A DNA stretch of 64,000 bases from Eledone cirrhosa. Its lineage: Eukaryota. The position numbers and the translations under genes were made by a program. This document shows positions 39,364 through 53,523 of the stretch, piece after piece. Numbering within the stretch: position 1 is the first letter of the stretch; the number at the start of each line of letters is the position of its first letter. Under the pieces are notes generated by a model, which was given only the letters and a program-made list of their open reading frames with translations, was not told the DNA's origin and searched no databases. Location: NCBI GenBank assembly GCA_964016885.1, contig OZ024740.1:173228001-173292000 (forward strand). The letters are read 5' to 3'.

Positions 39364-39601
39364 TGAGTTTATAACAGTTGCGTTTTTATTTGTGTTTAAG
39401 ATACATTACTCGCTTAATCACACAAACACATACGCACATACACACATACGCACATACACACATACACACGCACACACATACACACATACTCACGCATAAA
39501 CATTTAGTAATTTTGTTTGTTTGTTTATAATTTGTATAATACGATACATAGTCGATAATTAGTTTTATTGACACTCGCACACATGCACGTACCTATCTAT
39601 G

Positions 39602-39638
<37 letters not shown>

Positions 39639-40113
39639 TATATGTATATATATATAAAACATATCACATCACATCTCAAATAGTTTTGACTTTAGAAACT
39701 TTTTACTTATGAACAACAACAAAAACAAGAAAGACAAACAACACAAAACCAATAAGAGGGACATTATAAGGTCTGTTTGACCAGGGCTTGTCCTGAGGAT
39801 AAACTAAACTAAGTGACTATTACCAACAACAGCAAACACTACAACTACAGCAAGTATAACTACAACAACAGCAACAGCAATAGGAAATCAATGTGACTAG
39901 ACTAAAACATCAACAACTTTGATAAGTTAGTCGTAATCTTTTTTACTCCGTTTTCAGCTCCCTTTGATATAAAAGAGAAGGGAGAAAAGGTGTGAGTCGG
40001 TGGAGCAACCAGGGATATATCAAGCGTGCTGTGGATTTTTAATGTTTTACCATTTCAAGGGGTAAGTTATCTAATATGTTATCTAGTTTACACTAAAAAC
40101 AAATCGATAAATG

Positions 40114-40180
<67 letters not shown>

Positions 40181-40570
40181 CAGGAAAGAAGAGTGACACG
40201 GTTTGCTATACAAAAAAGGTTTTTCTGTTACCCCGTATATATATATGTATATATATATATTTATATATATATCCGAAATAGATTTAATTAAATTAAATTA
40301 AAGGAGCATGTCCGAGACATGCACCATATCCACTATAGAATAAACTCAAAGATTCTATCTTAAAAGGTAATATTTAAAGATCTAGTTAAACTTTAATTAG
40401 TTACCTACCTAACTATGTGTGTTTACACACTTTACAAATTATCCCCTGTGATTGTTTCATGTGTGTATTTTAAATATATATATATGTCAATCAATTTCTA
40501 GATGATATATATATATATATATATTATTCAAAATGTTAACAAATGAAAAATATTTTCATAATCAAAATAT

Positions 40571-40638
40571 ATACTTTATTATATATATTTCAAAGGTACT
40601 GTGTTGTTTTTTCAGTACGTCCTCATCAGACAAAATAT
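40571..40638 (-). ncRNA. Type I hammerhead ribozyme
   Basis: Minus strand: atattttgt CTGATGA ggacgtactg..cagtaccttt GAAA tatata TA ataaagtat. Confidence 0.7.
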
Positions 40639-40778
40639 ATGATTTGATATATGACATACCGCTACGGTCTTGATTATTCAATTCCAGTATTGGTAGTCAA
40701 TAACTTTTCTGTTGAGTGCTTCTAATTTATTGTAAAATTGTATTCGTTGAGTAATCAACGAACCATACTAATTTTTGG

Positions 40779-40821
<43 letters not shown>

Positions 40822-40871
40822 AAGTATATGTATATATGTATATACATGTATATACATATACACACATATAT

Positions 40872-40930
<59 letters not shown>

Positions 40931-40934
<4 letters not shown>

Positions 40935-41121
40935 AACGAGTATGACCCCGACGGCTGAGCTCAAGCCGTTTCGACGGCTAATTCTATCCAGAATTAGCCG
41001 TCGAAATGGTTTGAGCTCAGCCGTCGGGGTCCTACTCGTTTCTATTACCTACTCTACTACCCTAAGTATTGAGTACTTTGGTGCGTTATGGTCCACCTGG
41101 TTCCTTACCACATTTCCTTCG

Positions 41122-41122
<1 letters not shown>
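40931..41122 (+). repeat. Family A hairpin element (palindrome 40931-41044 plus ~78 bp tail) in (TA)n
   Basis: Direct reading; near-identical to 63603-63797. Confidence 0.9.
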
Positions 41123-41184
<62 letters not shown>

Positions 41185-41294
41185 TAAATACATATATATA
41201 TATACATATACATGCATATATATATATAAAGATTAATTAGTCTCTAATTATGTTAAGATATCAGAACATATATTATATCTATGATGATTATGTT

Positions 41295-41372
<78 letters not shown>

Positions 41373-41470
41373 GTATATGTGTATATATATGTTTATATAT
41401 ATGCATACATATATATATATAAACAGCTGTTGAATCTGCCCTTAGAGAAAGTTGTATGACTCGCGTGAGC

Positions 41471-41506
<36 letters not shown>

Positions 41507-41687
41507 GCATATGTGTGTGCGCGCTCACATGTGCGTGTGTGTTTCTGTGTAACATTTGTTTATCGAAGTATTTATTCAACTGGGGTGACTCGGTACCATG
41601 GGGTTCTGCAATATTACCCCTGTACACTGCAAAATTAGATTTTACGTCATGAAGTCATAACAACTTTGAATGTAATAATAATATAAT

Positions 41688-41850
41688 TGTTTCTACTTTT
41701 GGCACAAGGCCAGCAATTATCCCAGTATATTACTGGTACTTCATTTTATCGACCCCGTAAGGATGAAAGGCAAAGTTATCCTCGGCGAGATTTGAACTCA
41801 GACCATAAAGGGCCGTAACTCTTTGCTGCAAAGCATGACGTCCGACCCTA
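41688..41850 (-). mobile_element. SINE
   Basis: SINE core and B-box match. Confidence 0.9.
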
Positions 41851-41946
41851 TAGTGATGATGATTTCTGTATTGTGTTATATATATATATATATACACAGC
41901 CGGAACTATGATGTCTACCCATTGGATAACAGCCCAACATAAACGG

Positions 41947-42083
<137 letters not shown>

Positions 42084-42136
42084 GGAAAAAATGAAACGAT
42101 ATTTCATTTCCCACTCTTAGTACGGCTGTTACTTAA

Positions 42137-42670
<534 letters not shown>

Positions 42671-43009
42671 TTATTGTAAACACTTTTCAATCGTTCGGAT
42701 GTGTTCGAGGCCACGTCTTTTAAAATTAACTATAGAAATATTTTTTTGTAATTCCTAATCATAGAAAACATGGGAAAATAAAACACATCTCAATTTATGT
42801 CTAGTTTGGGGAGTCGGTAGGATGTAAGATTAACTAACTGAAGTGTCTGGGATCCACAAACTCGTCTGTAATGTTTCACTTTAGACATGAGCAAAACGAA
42901 CCACCTGAAAAAGGGAGGGGTGTGTCACGTATAAAGTGAAGGTCACTGCACGAGGCGGCGGATATCAATGTCAATGTGTTATTAAGTCACAAACTGTCAC
43001 TACAGTCTA

Positions 43010-43160
43010 ACACATAGTTAGGGAATCTGTTTTGCAGCTACGTTGTTCTGGGTTCGGTCATGCTGCGCGGCACTTTCGGCAAGTGTCGTCTACTATAACC
43101 TCGGCTTGACCAATGAAATCACCTGTGGTATTTGGTAGACGGAAACTACAGAAAGCCGTA
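43010..43160 (+). mobile_element. Old SINE of a second family; related fragments near 4735-4800, 6600-6690, 51850-51960 and 59600-59760
   Basis: gggttcg B-box-like motif followed by ggcaagtgtc.tctactata.cctcgg. Confidence 0.55.
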
Positions 43161-43387
43161 CAGAAATAACAACACAATCGGTAGTGTATATAGAAGGACT
43201 ATATTAGGTTAGCGTTTGAAACAGCAGGAAGAGAGTCTTAACGTTTCGGACACTAGTCCTTCATCGGAAGAAAGAATGAGAAATAAGATAGATTGAAGGG
43301 ACATGCGGGGTGGAATCGGAAAAAATGTCTTTAGATAAAAATAACAGGACTATTCATGTTGACACACACACACATACATACATACAT

Positions 43388-43470
<83 letters not shown>

Positions 43471-43574
43471 ATCCTGTTTCGCCTTGTGTGTTCCGTACAT
43501 ATATATTTACTGTTAATTAAAACAATAGAAGGTCGGACAGGAAATATCGCTTTAAAGTTTTAATGTTGCAAAAA

Positions 43575-43632
43575 ACACTATATTTGTTTCAATGGACTGG
43601 TCACGTAAGACCTTGGCGACATCATCAGGTGT
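43575..43632 (-). ncRNA. Type I hammerhead with imperfect stem III
   Basis: Minus strand: acac CTGATGA tg..ggtc..gacc..catt GAAA caaata TA gtgt. Confidence 0.55.
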
Positions 43633-44974
43633 GAATTGCATAATTACTTAATCAATAAAAGGATTTACGGTAAAATACAAACAGAGAATAGAGAAAATAT
43701 TAGACTCGGAGATCGTCTGTGAAATGGGATGACCAGTTCTATCTATTGGTGAACCACACAACATAAATGTATATATATATTATGTGATGCATACTAACAT
43801 TACCTAATTTCCTGTACATGGTGGTTCCATTTGGACCACCGCCAGCAAATCGGAATCGTAGAAACTGGTGTATCGGTCAGGATATCTCAATTTTCCTACT
43901 AATACGAAGTCATCTTCCTCGCTGATTAACGTATGTATGTACTCTAATCGGTTGGGTTCGGATCTTAATATGGACTTAATTAGATTATTGAGTGAGTGAG
44001 TAAACGACCGAAGCTGAGTCTATTCTATTTATTAAGCTTCGTCCCTTAATTATATATATATATATATACATGTGTGTGTGTGTGTGTGTGTGTCAGTTTA
44101 GCAGTTCAACAAAAAAAAATACAATATGTACTAGACTTGAATATATAAATACTGGGATCGATATACTTTCGGGTTTCAAATAATAAGGGGTGGGGTGGAA
44201 AATCGATAATTTTTCTAGGATGTCTCAATTGAACTTTTTTAAAAACCAAAATAGTCGTTTTGTTTACATATTGAGACCGTAAACCATCTATTAATTTTAT
44301 AATGTATGGGATTTCTTGTAATGTTCTTTTTTTTCTCATGTATAATGTTTTTTAATGTATAAAGAAAATTGTCGCAGGAATGCTACTACTTAAAATAAAA
44401 TTTCATTGGAGATAGATTAGCAAAATTTAATAAGTGGGGGTAGGGGATTTCTGAAATATTAATAAGCAGGGAAGTGAACAATTATTCGAAACTCGAGAGT
44501 AGTCGACTACATCAAGGCGGTGCCCTAGTGTGGCCGCGATCTAATGACTGAGACCAGTAAATGAATAAATAAATATCACCCGAAGATCCGAAACGGTCTA
44601 AAGATTTGTGAAGCTTCAATTACCAATGAAATATATAGCTATACCTTTAGTAAGGAGTACTCTCCTTTCTACTACTTCTTCACACTTATGTTTTCATATA
44701 TCTCGTCTCTGATATTGCACTTAGAAGGTTACATGCAGGCCAGAATAGAGGGTTGCCTAATGGGCCAGTTGGCATAGGCCTACGATTTTGAGGTGACCAG
44801 CTTGCCTCAAATTCTACTTCTTTTTTTTTATTTGTTACTTGTAATTTCCTGTACACTACATGTACCTCTATATACTCGTATCCCACATATAAATCATATG
44901 ATTACTAAAATATTTAGTGAACAGTTTGAAATAGGACATACATTTCACATCTTTTCTGGGTTTGTTATTAGTTG

Positions 44975-45149
44975 GCAGTATCGGTAGAGGGTCGGATGCC
45001 ATGCTTTGACGCATAGAGTTACGGCCCTTGCCATTCTGAGTTCAAATCCCGCCGAGGTTAACTTTGCCTTTCATCCTTACGGGGTCGATAAAATAAAGTA
45101 CCAGTAATGCACTGGGTAATTACTGGCCTTGTGCCAAATGTAGAAACAA
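44975..45149 (+). mobile_element. SINE with 10 bp TSD
   Basis: ttattagttg at 44965 and 45150. Confidence 0.9.
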
Positions 45150-45222
45150 TTATTAGTTGAATGGGGACCTATATTTCCCATCTTGCCTGGGCCTATATTT
45201 TATATTTTACCTTGGCTAATTA

Positions 45223-47072
45223 CACCGTGTAACATATTTTTGTTCCCCGGTTCTAAGTGTCATTTCATGGTTTGTTATATCCCATTATTATAAAAAAAAA
45301 CACTATTATTTAATCAGAAGTTTGGGTTTGTGGTCAGCAGTTTGATATTTCGAAATTTTCATATTTTTCAAGAAAAAACACATTTTTTTAAAATTTATCA
45401 GTTCATATAATTAAATCAACAGAGTATATATTTATTTTATTACACAAGCTCATCAAAAGCAAACAAGTAAAAACAAATAACACTTATAAAGCAACTTATA
45501 CACGTCAGAAATGACTGGATTTCCTGGATTTGCGGTTGTAGTCCAGGTCGCACTAGTCCCGCACTAGCCCCCAGATATAGTCCCCCATCATTTTTTCATA
45601 GTAGTGGCCCTGGTACCTCCGCTCTATCTCTTTCACATCTTGGTGGAATATTTCGCCTTGTTCTTCTGAGTAGGTGCCCATATTGTCCTTGAATTTTTCC
45701 AGGTGAGCGTCCAGCATATGGAGTTTAAGCGACATCCTGCATCCCATGGCGCCAAAAGCCTTTATCAGATCCTGCACCAGTTGCTGGTAGTTTTCAGCTC
45801 TGTAGTTGCCCAGGAAGCCCTTAACAACTGCCTTGAAACAGTTCCATGCTGTTCTCTCAATCCTATTGAGCTTATTGGAGAACTCGGTAGACTCAATCAC
45901 CTTCTTTATCTGAGGTCCAACAAAAATTCCACCTTTGATTTTGGCCTCAGGTAACTTAGGGAAGAACTCAAGAAGGTACTTAAAAGCTGATGATTCTTGG
46001 TTGAGAGCCTTCACAAACTGCTTCATCAACCCCAACTTAATGTGCAGTGGCGGCATGAGCACAATCCTGGGATCAACTAGGTGGCTCCCACATGACGTTC
46101 TGGGTCCCAACTACAAATTCTGTTCGCTGCTCCCAGTTCTTTCTTTTGTAGTGGTCAGAGGTGGCTCTGCTGTCCCAAAGGTAGAGGAAGCATTGGAATT
46201 TGATAAAGCCTCCTTAGAGTCCAAGCAGGAAAGCCACCATCTTGAAGTCTCCAATGATTTCCCAATTGTACTGGTTGTATTGCAGAGCTTCCAAGAGGAT
46301 GTTCACACTGTAGGAATCTTCCTTCAGGCAGACTGAATGAGCTAAGGGCAGTGTCGGGAACTTGTTTCCATTGTGGGGGAGGAAAGCTTTCAAACTTGTG
46401 GTGGAGCTGTCTATAAATAGCCGCCACTCCTTGGGCACAAACGGCACCCCAATAACGTCAAACAGTCCAGGCACGTCATGGCAGAAGCAGAGGCCATCCC
46501 TAAGAGTATAAAAGCCTGAGAAAGGTTCGTGTCGAATTCTCTGACTTGTCACCTGCACTTCCTCCTTGACCAAGTTCCATTGCTTCATCCTGGAGACGAA
46601 TGCTTAAAACACAACTTACGCTTTATTCAGGGTGCGAATAAGTATCAATAAATCTCTTTAATCCACTTTTTAACAATTTTATACTTTATTGCACTTTTAT
46701 AATTTTCTTTAGGTATTACTCTTTATTTTATAATTTTTATTTAACCCGAAACATATATAAAAACATCATTTAACATAAGCAAATGAAACTTACATACAAT
46801 GTAAAATCCAGCATACAAATAATTGTTTCTACTTTAGGCACAAGGCCAGCAATTACCCAGTGCATTACTGGTACTTTATTTTATCGACCCCGTAAGGATG
46901 AAAGGCAAAGTCAACCTCGGACAAATAATTCTAGTGAATAGCTTAGAATTTTTACAAACCCAAACTTTTAACTGTTTAATAGCACTTTTTTTTTATTTAT
47001 TTGGGACCTAAGCAACACAAAAAAGTGATTACAAGCCAGGAACAGAGAAAATTTTTTTTTTGTTACACGGTG
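45223..47072 (-). mobile_element. Chapaev-like (CMC) DNA transposon, internally deleted; transposase remnant ~45510-46600
   Basis: TIRs caccgtgtaaca / tgttacacggtg; WRLFIDSS, GDFKMV, PPLHIKLGLMKQFVKAL, MSLKLH..H, SEEQGE.FHQD; family assignment is from memory of Chapaev3 proteins and CAC..GTG ends. Confidence 0.75.
46825..46920 (-). mobile_element. Truncated SINE nested in the DNA transposon, 10 bp TSD
   Basis: acaaataatt at 46815 and 46921. Confidence 0.9.
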
Positions 47073-47310
47073 ATAATTATCAGTTGAAATGGAGCCTATA
47101 TTTTGTCTGGTTTAGTCATCAGTTGAAGTGAGGGCCTATATTTCAAATCTTGCTTGGTGATATTATCAATTGAAATGGTCCTTACATTTCACATTTTGCT
47201 TGAGCCTATTATCAGTTGAGCTGGGGGGGGGGGGGGGTCTACGATTCAGATCTTGTCTCAGGCTATTATCAATTGAAATGGGGCCTACATTTCACATCTG
47301 GCATGTAACT
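47073..47310. repeat. Degenerate ~45 bp minisatellite, also at 44915-45222, interrupted by a SINE and the DNA transposon
   Basis: Repeating tattatcagttgaaatggggcctatatttcacatcttg. Confidence 0.65.
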
Positions 47311-47437
47311 ATCAGAGGCGGTGAAACGGGGGGGGGGGGGGGTAAATACCCCCCCCCCCCATAATTATATTTTTCTCCCCAAACTACCAAATCACACATC
47401 TATTTGTATATGCGCTACAATTTATGTACATGTTATG

Positions 47438-48128
47438 TAGAGATAGATATAGAGAGGGGGAGAGTTTCGTGGTAGCTGATATAGAGAGGAAGGTTGAGAG
47501 AGTGTGTTGTATATTAGGTATAAAAAGGGGGAGAGATTGATGTTTATTGATATAGAGAGGGATTGGAAAAAGTTCCAAGTAGTAGTTATAGAGAGGGGGA
47601 GAGATTGATATTTATTGATATAGAGGGGGGTGTAAGAGAGTTCCGTGAAGTAGATACAGAGAGGGGGAGAGTTTAGTGTTAATTGATATAGAGAGGGGGG
47701 TTGGAAGAGAAAGTTATATGGTTGATGTAACGAGGTGGAGTATTTGGTGGCAATGAATAGAGTGAGAGGATTGATAGAGATAGGTAGTGATAGATATAGA
47801 GATGGGGAGAGTTTGGTAGTGATATAGTGAGAGGAAATGAGAGAGAGTGTTGTATGGTAGATATAGAGAGGGATAGTTTGGTGGCAATTGATATAGAGAG
47901 AGGGGGATTGGGAGAGACAGTGTCGTAAAAGATATAGAGGCGAGGTTTGTGAGAGAACGATTACGAGAGAGTGTGGTAGAGATGGTGAGGGGGAGAGTTT
48001 GGAGATGATTGATATGAAGAGGGGGGATTGGGAGAGTGTTTTGTATGTTAGATTAGAGAGGGGGAATTTGGTGTTTATAGATATAGAGAAAGGATAATGA
48101 GAGAGTGCCGTGTAGTAGACATAGAAAG
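47438..48128. repeat. Degenerate purine-rich minisatellite
   Basis: Recurring gatatagagaggggga-gagttt units. Confidence 0.8.
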
Positions 48129-48494
48129 GGTCCCAAATAACAGGAGGGGTGGGAATGGAGGGGATGGCTTCAGAAATTGGTAATTGTATAGTTTACGTTT
48201 TAAATATGGGATTTCTTGTAATGTTCTTCTTTTGTTGTATATAATGTTTTGTTTTTTTTATGTAAAATAAAATAATTAGACCTGAGAGTACCTGAATTAT
48301 TGACGGACGTAAGAATGAAAGAAAACTCAATACCGAAGTAGAGTTTAAATATTCATTTATTATGGCTAAGTGATGAGCCTTGTTATCTGGAGTTTCATCT
48401 GAATACTTACAGGATTAACAGACAAGACTGGTGACCCTGTGAGTGCGTTGGCGAAACTTTGGAGTAACACAGCTCACCAATAGCCATAATAAAT

Positions 48495-48534
<40 letters not shown>

Positions 48535-48706
48535 AGAGATGAATGAACTCGATATAATAAATCACGGTCCGCCACATTACAGTGATCATAAAGAGCTCGA
48601 CTTACCTTCATGTCTAACACTACCTAACCCACACCACGGCCCTTAATGAATGATTATCATTTTCGGAGAATATTTTTTTTTTAATATAAAAAATAATTAA
48701 TAATGA

Positions 48707-48951
48707 TTGTTTCTACTCATGGCACAAGGCCAGCAATTTCAGGGGTATAAGCCACGCAGGACTCACATTAAGGGCGGTACGGGCCGGCACAGGGCGACCC
48801 CAGTGCATTATTGGTGCTTTAATTTTCATCGACCCTGTAAGGATGAAAGGAAAAGCTAACCTCGGCGGGATTTGAACTCAGAACGCAAAGGGCCATAATT
48901 CTAAGCTGCGAAGCATGGTGTCCGGCGCTCTACCGATACTGCCAATCCATT
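48707..48951 (-). mobile_element. SINE variant with a different GC-rich internal segment
   Basis: Normal head, core and tail; 48740-48797 differs from other copies. Confidence 0.88.
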
Positions 48952-48956
48952 AATAA

Positions 48957-48995
<39 letters not shown>

Positions 48996-49460
48996 ATATA
49001 TAGTTTCAGAGTCTGTCAAGTAGCTGACTTGATCTGAAACCGTGTGTGGGATCTGCAGCAATCACATCGTGGAAGTCATTTTAACCATTCAAAACCACGC
49101 GCGAAGACTGTTCATATATCACTTTACATTTGTCATTTATTTCTTGAAGTCAAAATTTTCGTCACACTCATTCTGACCAGGTCAATGACAGGCGCAATGA
49201 GACTGTCATTGAAAGAGTACGTCGAAGATTTTGACACCGGGGAAATAAATGATAAATGGAAAGGGAAGTAAATATGTTTGTGTTTTTGAATGGTTAAAAT
49301 GACTCTTCTGAGATGTAAAGATTAAACAATTAAAAAAAAAGTAATTATCTATCTGCAGTCACTGAATTTTAGCATTGTTCATTGACCTTTACATACAAAC
49401 TCATACAATTATATTATTACCTTGTTTAAATAAAACTATTACTCAAACACATACATACAT

Positions 49461-49514
<54 letters not shown>

Positions 49515-49576
49515 TCACACTGAACTGTGTCATCTATGTCCAGTAATCTCTAACTACCTGCTAATACATAAAGTCC

Positions 49577-49630
<54 letters not shown>

Positions 49631-49705
49631 TATGTATGTATGTATGTATGTATGTATGTATGTATGTATGTATGTATGTATGTATGTATGTATGTATGTA
49701 TGTAT

Positions 49706-50772
49706 TGGAATTTCGTATTTCTAAAGAAATACGGTATGTTTATAGATAAACATTTAGAAAGCCGTAGCTATGCAAATACACCGGAGGCTATAGTCCCTGG
49801 TGGTGTCTAGCAGAAGCAAGGGGGACAATCGTCGGTGCATTTCGAACTTAACTGGATCTCATCAGGACGATCCCTCCCGAAATGAATGAATATGAGGATG
49901 CATTAACATGAAGTCGTATTAGTTTCTCGCTTAACAGAAGAGTGAGTTACACAGTCAACGTAACGGGCATTTGCCCTTCATCAGGAAAAACATCGTTCAG
50001 AGTGTAGAAAAGGAAAAAAGGCAAGGCAAATAAAAAATAATTTTTAAAAATATATAATTAGAAAGAAAATAAAAAGAAGAGGGGTGTTGTGGAGTAGTGG
50101 TGGGTGAGGTAGTGGTGGGTGAGATAGTGATCCAGTGTGTGGGTTTGTGGGTCGTGGTGAGGGGTACAGACATGTAGTTGGTGGTTGTGTGTGGTGAGTG
50201 CGGGAGTTGATAGATAATGTGCCGGGTGTGGGAGTGAGAAGTGGTGTAACAGAGTGGGAGCTGGCAGGGCGAGCGCAGTTACGGAGGTGTGTTAGTGTAT
50301 CCATATGCTGGTATGTGTGAGTGGTTGTGCTGGTGGAAGATTTCGTGTGTAGTAAGGGTGGTTCGTGTGTATGGGTGTGTGAGTGGAAGGGTGGTGAATG
50401 TGGGGAAGGCGTTGGCTAGGGGGAATGTGGTGGTGCGTTTAGACCAGCGAGGTAAAGAATTGGAGAGAAAAAATAAAGTGCTGTTCCCTCTTGAGGCGTG
50501 AGTCCGATGGTCCGGCACAGGTGACAAGGTGGAATATTGTGAAGTTGTTTGTGCAGTGTCTGGCGGAGCAGAAATGTCGCGAGACAGGTTGCCCAGTCGG
50601 ATGTCAAGGAGGTGCTCGGCAAATCTGTCCCCCAAACGTCGGCCGGTTTGGCCAATATAAACGGCCTCGCATAGTGTGCAGTGGATCCCGTAAACGAGAC
50701 TCATGGATGTCCAGTGGAAGGAGTCCCTAACGTGGAAAGTTCGGCTGCTAGGTCCAGTGAGAGTGGTGGTGA
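49706..50772 (-). mobile_element. Penelope-like 3' fragment: GIY-YIG domain and 3' region with two HHR-like motifs (49829-49870, ~49955-49988); ends at (TATG)n
   Basis: LVYGIHCTLCEAVYIGQTGRRLGDRFAEH; tcgtc CTGATGA ga..tc GAAA tgca CC gacga; CTGATGAagggcaaatgccc. Confidence 0.82.
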
Positions 50773-51290
50773 GAGCTGTGATTGTCTGGTTTTGTGGCAA
50801 GCTTTCAAAGTGTGTTACACGCGTCATATCCCGCCAAACACTTAACAAGATCTTGTTTCGGATAAGGTTTGGCTTGTTATCCTGATTGAACCCACAGCTG
50901 TCGGCGTTTAACATTCTTCTAGAGTATCCACTTCTCATCACTGGTTATTAGACAGTTCAAAAATGGAAACTTATACTCTCAAAAATGAAGAGCAGTGCAG
51001 ATGTTAACGCGTTCTCTTCGATTATTTTCAGTTAGTTCATGTGGAATCTACTTGCCAAGCTTTGACGCCATTCCAAGTTCCTGTAAATTGGAACGAACGG
51101 TTGATGATGCTGAATTAACCTCAGCTAATTCTTTAACCATTGCATGGGGATTTTTTTCACTAACGGCTTTCGACGTATCATTATAAAAAAAAACAGGGCG
51201 CCAAAATCAAAGTTGCTATTGGTGTTTAACCCGTTTATCAGCTATGATCGAATGCATTCCAATAGAGACTATCATGTTTTTTCAGAGCAT
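50773..51290 (-). pseudogene. Mariner transposase fragment
   Basis: Manual translation gives VKELAE..SSTVRSNLQELG..SKLGK*IPHELT (WVPHEL), LITSDEKWI, and KILLSVWRD..HFESLPQNQTITA. Confidence 0.82.
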
Positions 51291-52601
51291 ATATCTTAAA
51301 ATACATTTTCTGTCTTTCCCATTTCAATCTTAAGGAGATTTGGTTGTTAGATCAAGTGACCATGGAGAGAGTATCACATTTTCTTCTTGATGTTGTTATC
51401 GTTTACTTGTCGCTTCTTGTTACTGTTCTTGTCGTTGACATTCAGCAGACCTAAGACCAAAGAGATTAAAGACGTGGCTATTCTGTTTTTTTTTTTCTTA
51501 ATGTGTATGTGTATGTGTAATGGGCGGGGGTATCTAGAGCTACATTCTCCAAGGCATAGGTTTTCAGACTGTATGTTGCGGTACTTTAGTGTATATCAGA
51601 TAACCTTTAGGTGTAACACGAAATTAAGTCAAACCTGATTACATTTTACGAATATTTGGCTGTGAAGTATAATTGAGTTCTAACAACCCTAATACAGTTC
51701 GACACGTGATATGTTATTTAATTGTTTATCTATTAATTTCATTAATTCTGTATCACTAACTAAACTTAATTAATGTATCATGAAGAAAAATATTTTTCTA
51801 AAATGTCACTTATGTGAAATGTTTGAAAAGCTCTTGACTAATTTTAAGATGATGGATGTGTAATCGTTAGGGTGCTGGCCTCACAATCATAACCTCATAG
51901 ATTTGATCTTCAGATCAAGTGCTGCATAATGTCCTTGAGCAAGGCTCTTCATTTCACGTTCAAATTCAGTCAGCTGGGGGTTAATCATACAACAGAGTGG
52001 CGTCACGCCCAAGAATGGAGGAGGTGTATTGTACACTCAACCATTTTAATGCCACATCGAACCGGGATAAGCTCCGGCTTTCACTCTTCAACCTGAGCAA
52101 GCATGGCCATACGAAACGATGAGGATGGAATGTAATTTGAGGGAGATTTGACAACTACTTCTAGCAGTTTAAGGTACTGCATAAACTCTACGACACTACC
52201 ATCACATCATTAGTTCGTAGTTGTTTAGTTACTGCTACTGTTGTGGTTGTTCTTCAACCCTCTCCCACGGAGGTACGGAATGTCACCTTTCAGTCAATCT
52301 ATTTGTATAACCAGTGTAGTTATTATTTGACCTGGGTATTTCCTTTTTTCCTCTTTTTATTCTTTATGTTTTTATATTTTCTTCTGTATGCCTGGATTTC
52401 TAAACCTGCCACCTTCACCTTTTCACTCACCCAATCCCCCCCCCCCCCCACCACCACCACTACTCTCTTTTTCTCTCTTCTTCTCTTAGTCACTTTCACT
52501 GACTATTTCTCCCTCTCTCGCTTGGCTGTCTTTTTCCTCTTTATTACGTTTCATATTTCTTTTTATCTTTATTTCACTCGTGTACGCACACACACATACA
52601 T

Positions 52602-52646
<45 letters not shown>

Positions 52647-52809
52647 ACACACACACATGTAGTAGTAGTAGTGAAAAGGCAGGCGGTTAGATCCCTAGTT
52701 GGTAGAGCACTCAGGCCAACAGACGAGTTCGGTATAGAGTTAGTTCCACAACAATTACCTAACCAAACTTGAGGACACGTGTTTCACCTAAAAAAGGATT
52801 ATTCAACTC

Positions 52810-53224
52810 GTGTATGGTTAACCTGAGAAGGTTAATCAGAGCTTCAAACGCGGCCACCAGACAAACAAAAGCTTCCTGTCCTTCCCCTCTGAAGGCAGAT
52901 GGCGGGTAATCTTCACAATGGACTCAGTTGATAGTCGGATCCGTCCTACACGTGACAGCAGGTGCTCAACATAAACCCACAGGTCAGTGTTTATCTCGAG
53001 CTGGCAAAGCTCCTCGGTACCACTGCCAGGCCAGGGATTTCTGGAAGTTGTCCATGGGCCCTGGACCGAAAGTCCTCTGGAAAAGAGTGTCTAGTTGATT
53101 TTCGTCAACGCCCAGATTCTCCTCAAGGATGTCATCGCCCTTACCCTCCGCTAACCCTTTATAGAACGCTAAGGTGACGTTTCCACCGATCGTACTGCCT
53201 GATTGGTTGAGGGTTGTGAGAGCT

Positions 53225-53226
<2 letters not shown>
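52810..53226 (-). mobile_element. Tx1-type ORF2 C-terminal fragment
   Basis: FYKGL..DDILEE.LGV..RTFGPGPMDNFQKSLAWQ. Confidence 0.85.
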
Positions 53227-53264
<38 letters not shown>

Positions 53265-53523
53265 TTTCATTTATTGGCCACAAGGGCCGACATATAGGGG
53301 ACAATACAAAAGACTGGGACAGTGGGGTTTTACAGAAAAATCGAGTAAACAATATGAATAAACAAAGTAGCAAGAAAGTAACAAGAAAATTACAACAAGA
53401 AAACATTCCCCAATAGGGGGGATGGCCACCTAGGGTTCGCTCAGGTACCCCACCAGTCCTGAACGATCTGACGCTTCGAGAGAACCCTGTAAGGGCACCC
53501 CTCTCCTCTTCAAATTTACCTAC

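Noticed and set aside
50279-50941. 220 aa ORF resembling a novel transposase/GIY-YIG fusion
   Set aside because: Chance in-frame junction (~50772) of a decayed mariner with stops and frameshifts and a truncated PLE
52680-52750. tRNA-like A-box tagttggtagagca
   Set aside because: No complete cloverleaf or properly spaced B-box; at most a decayed SINE head
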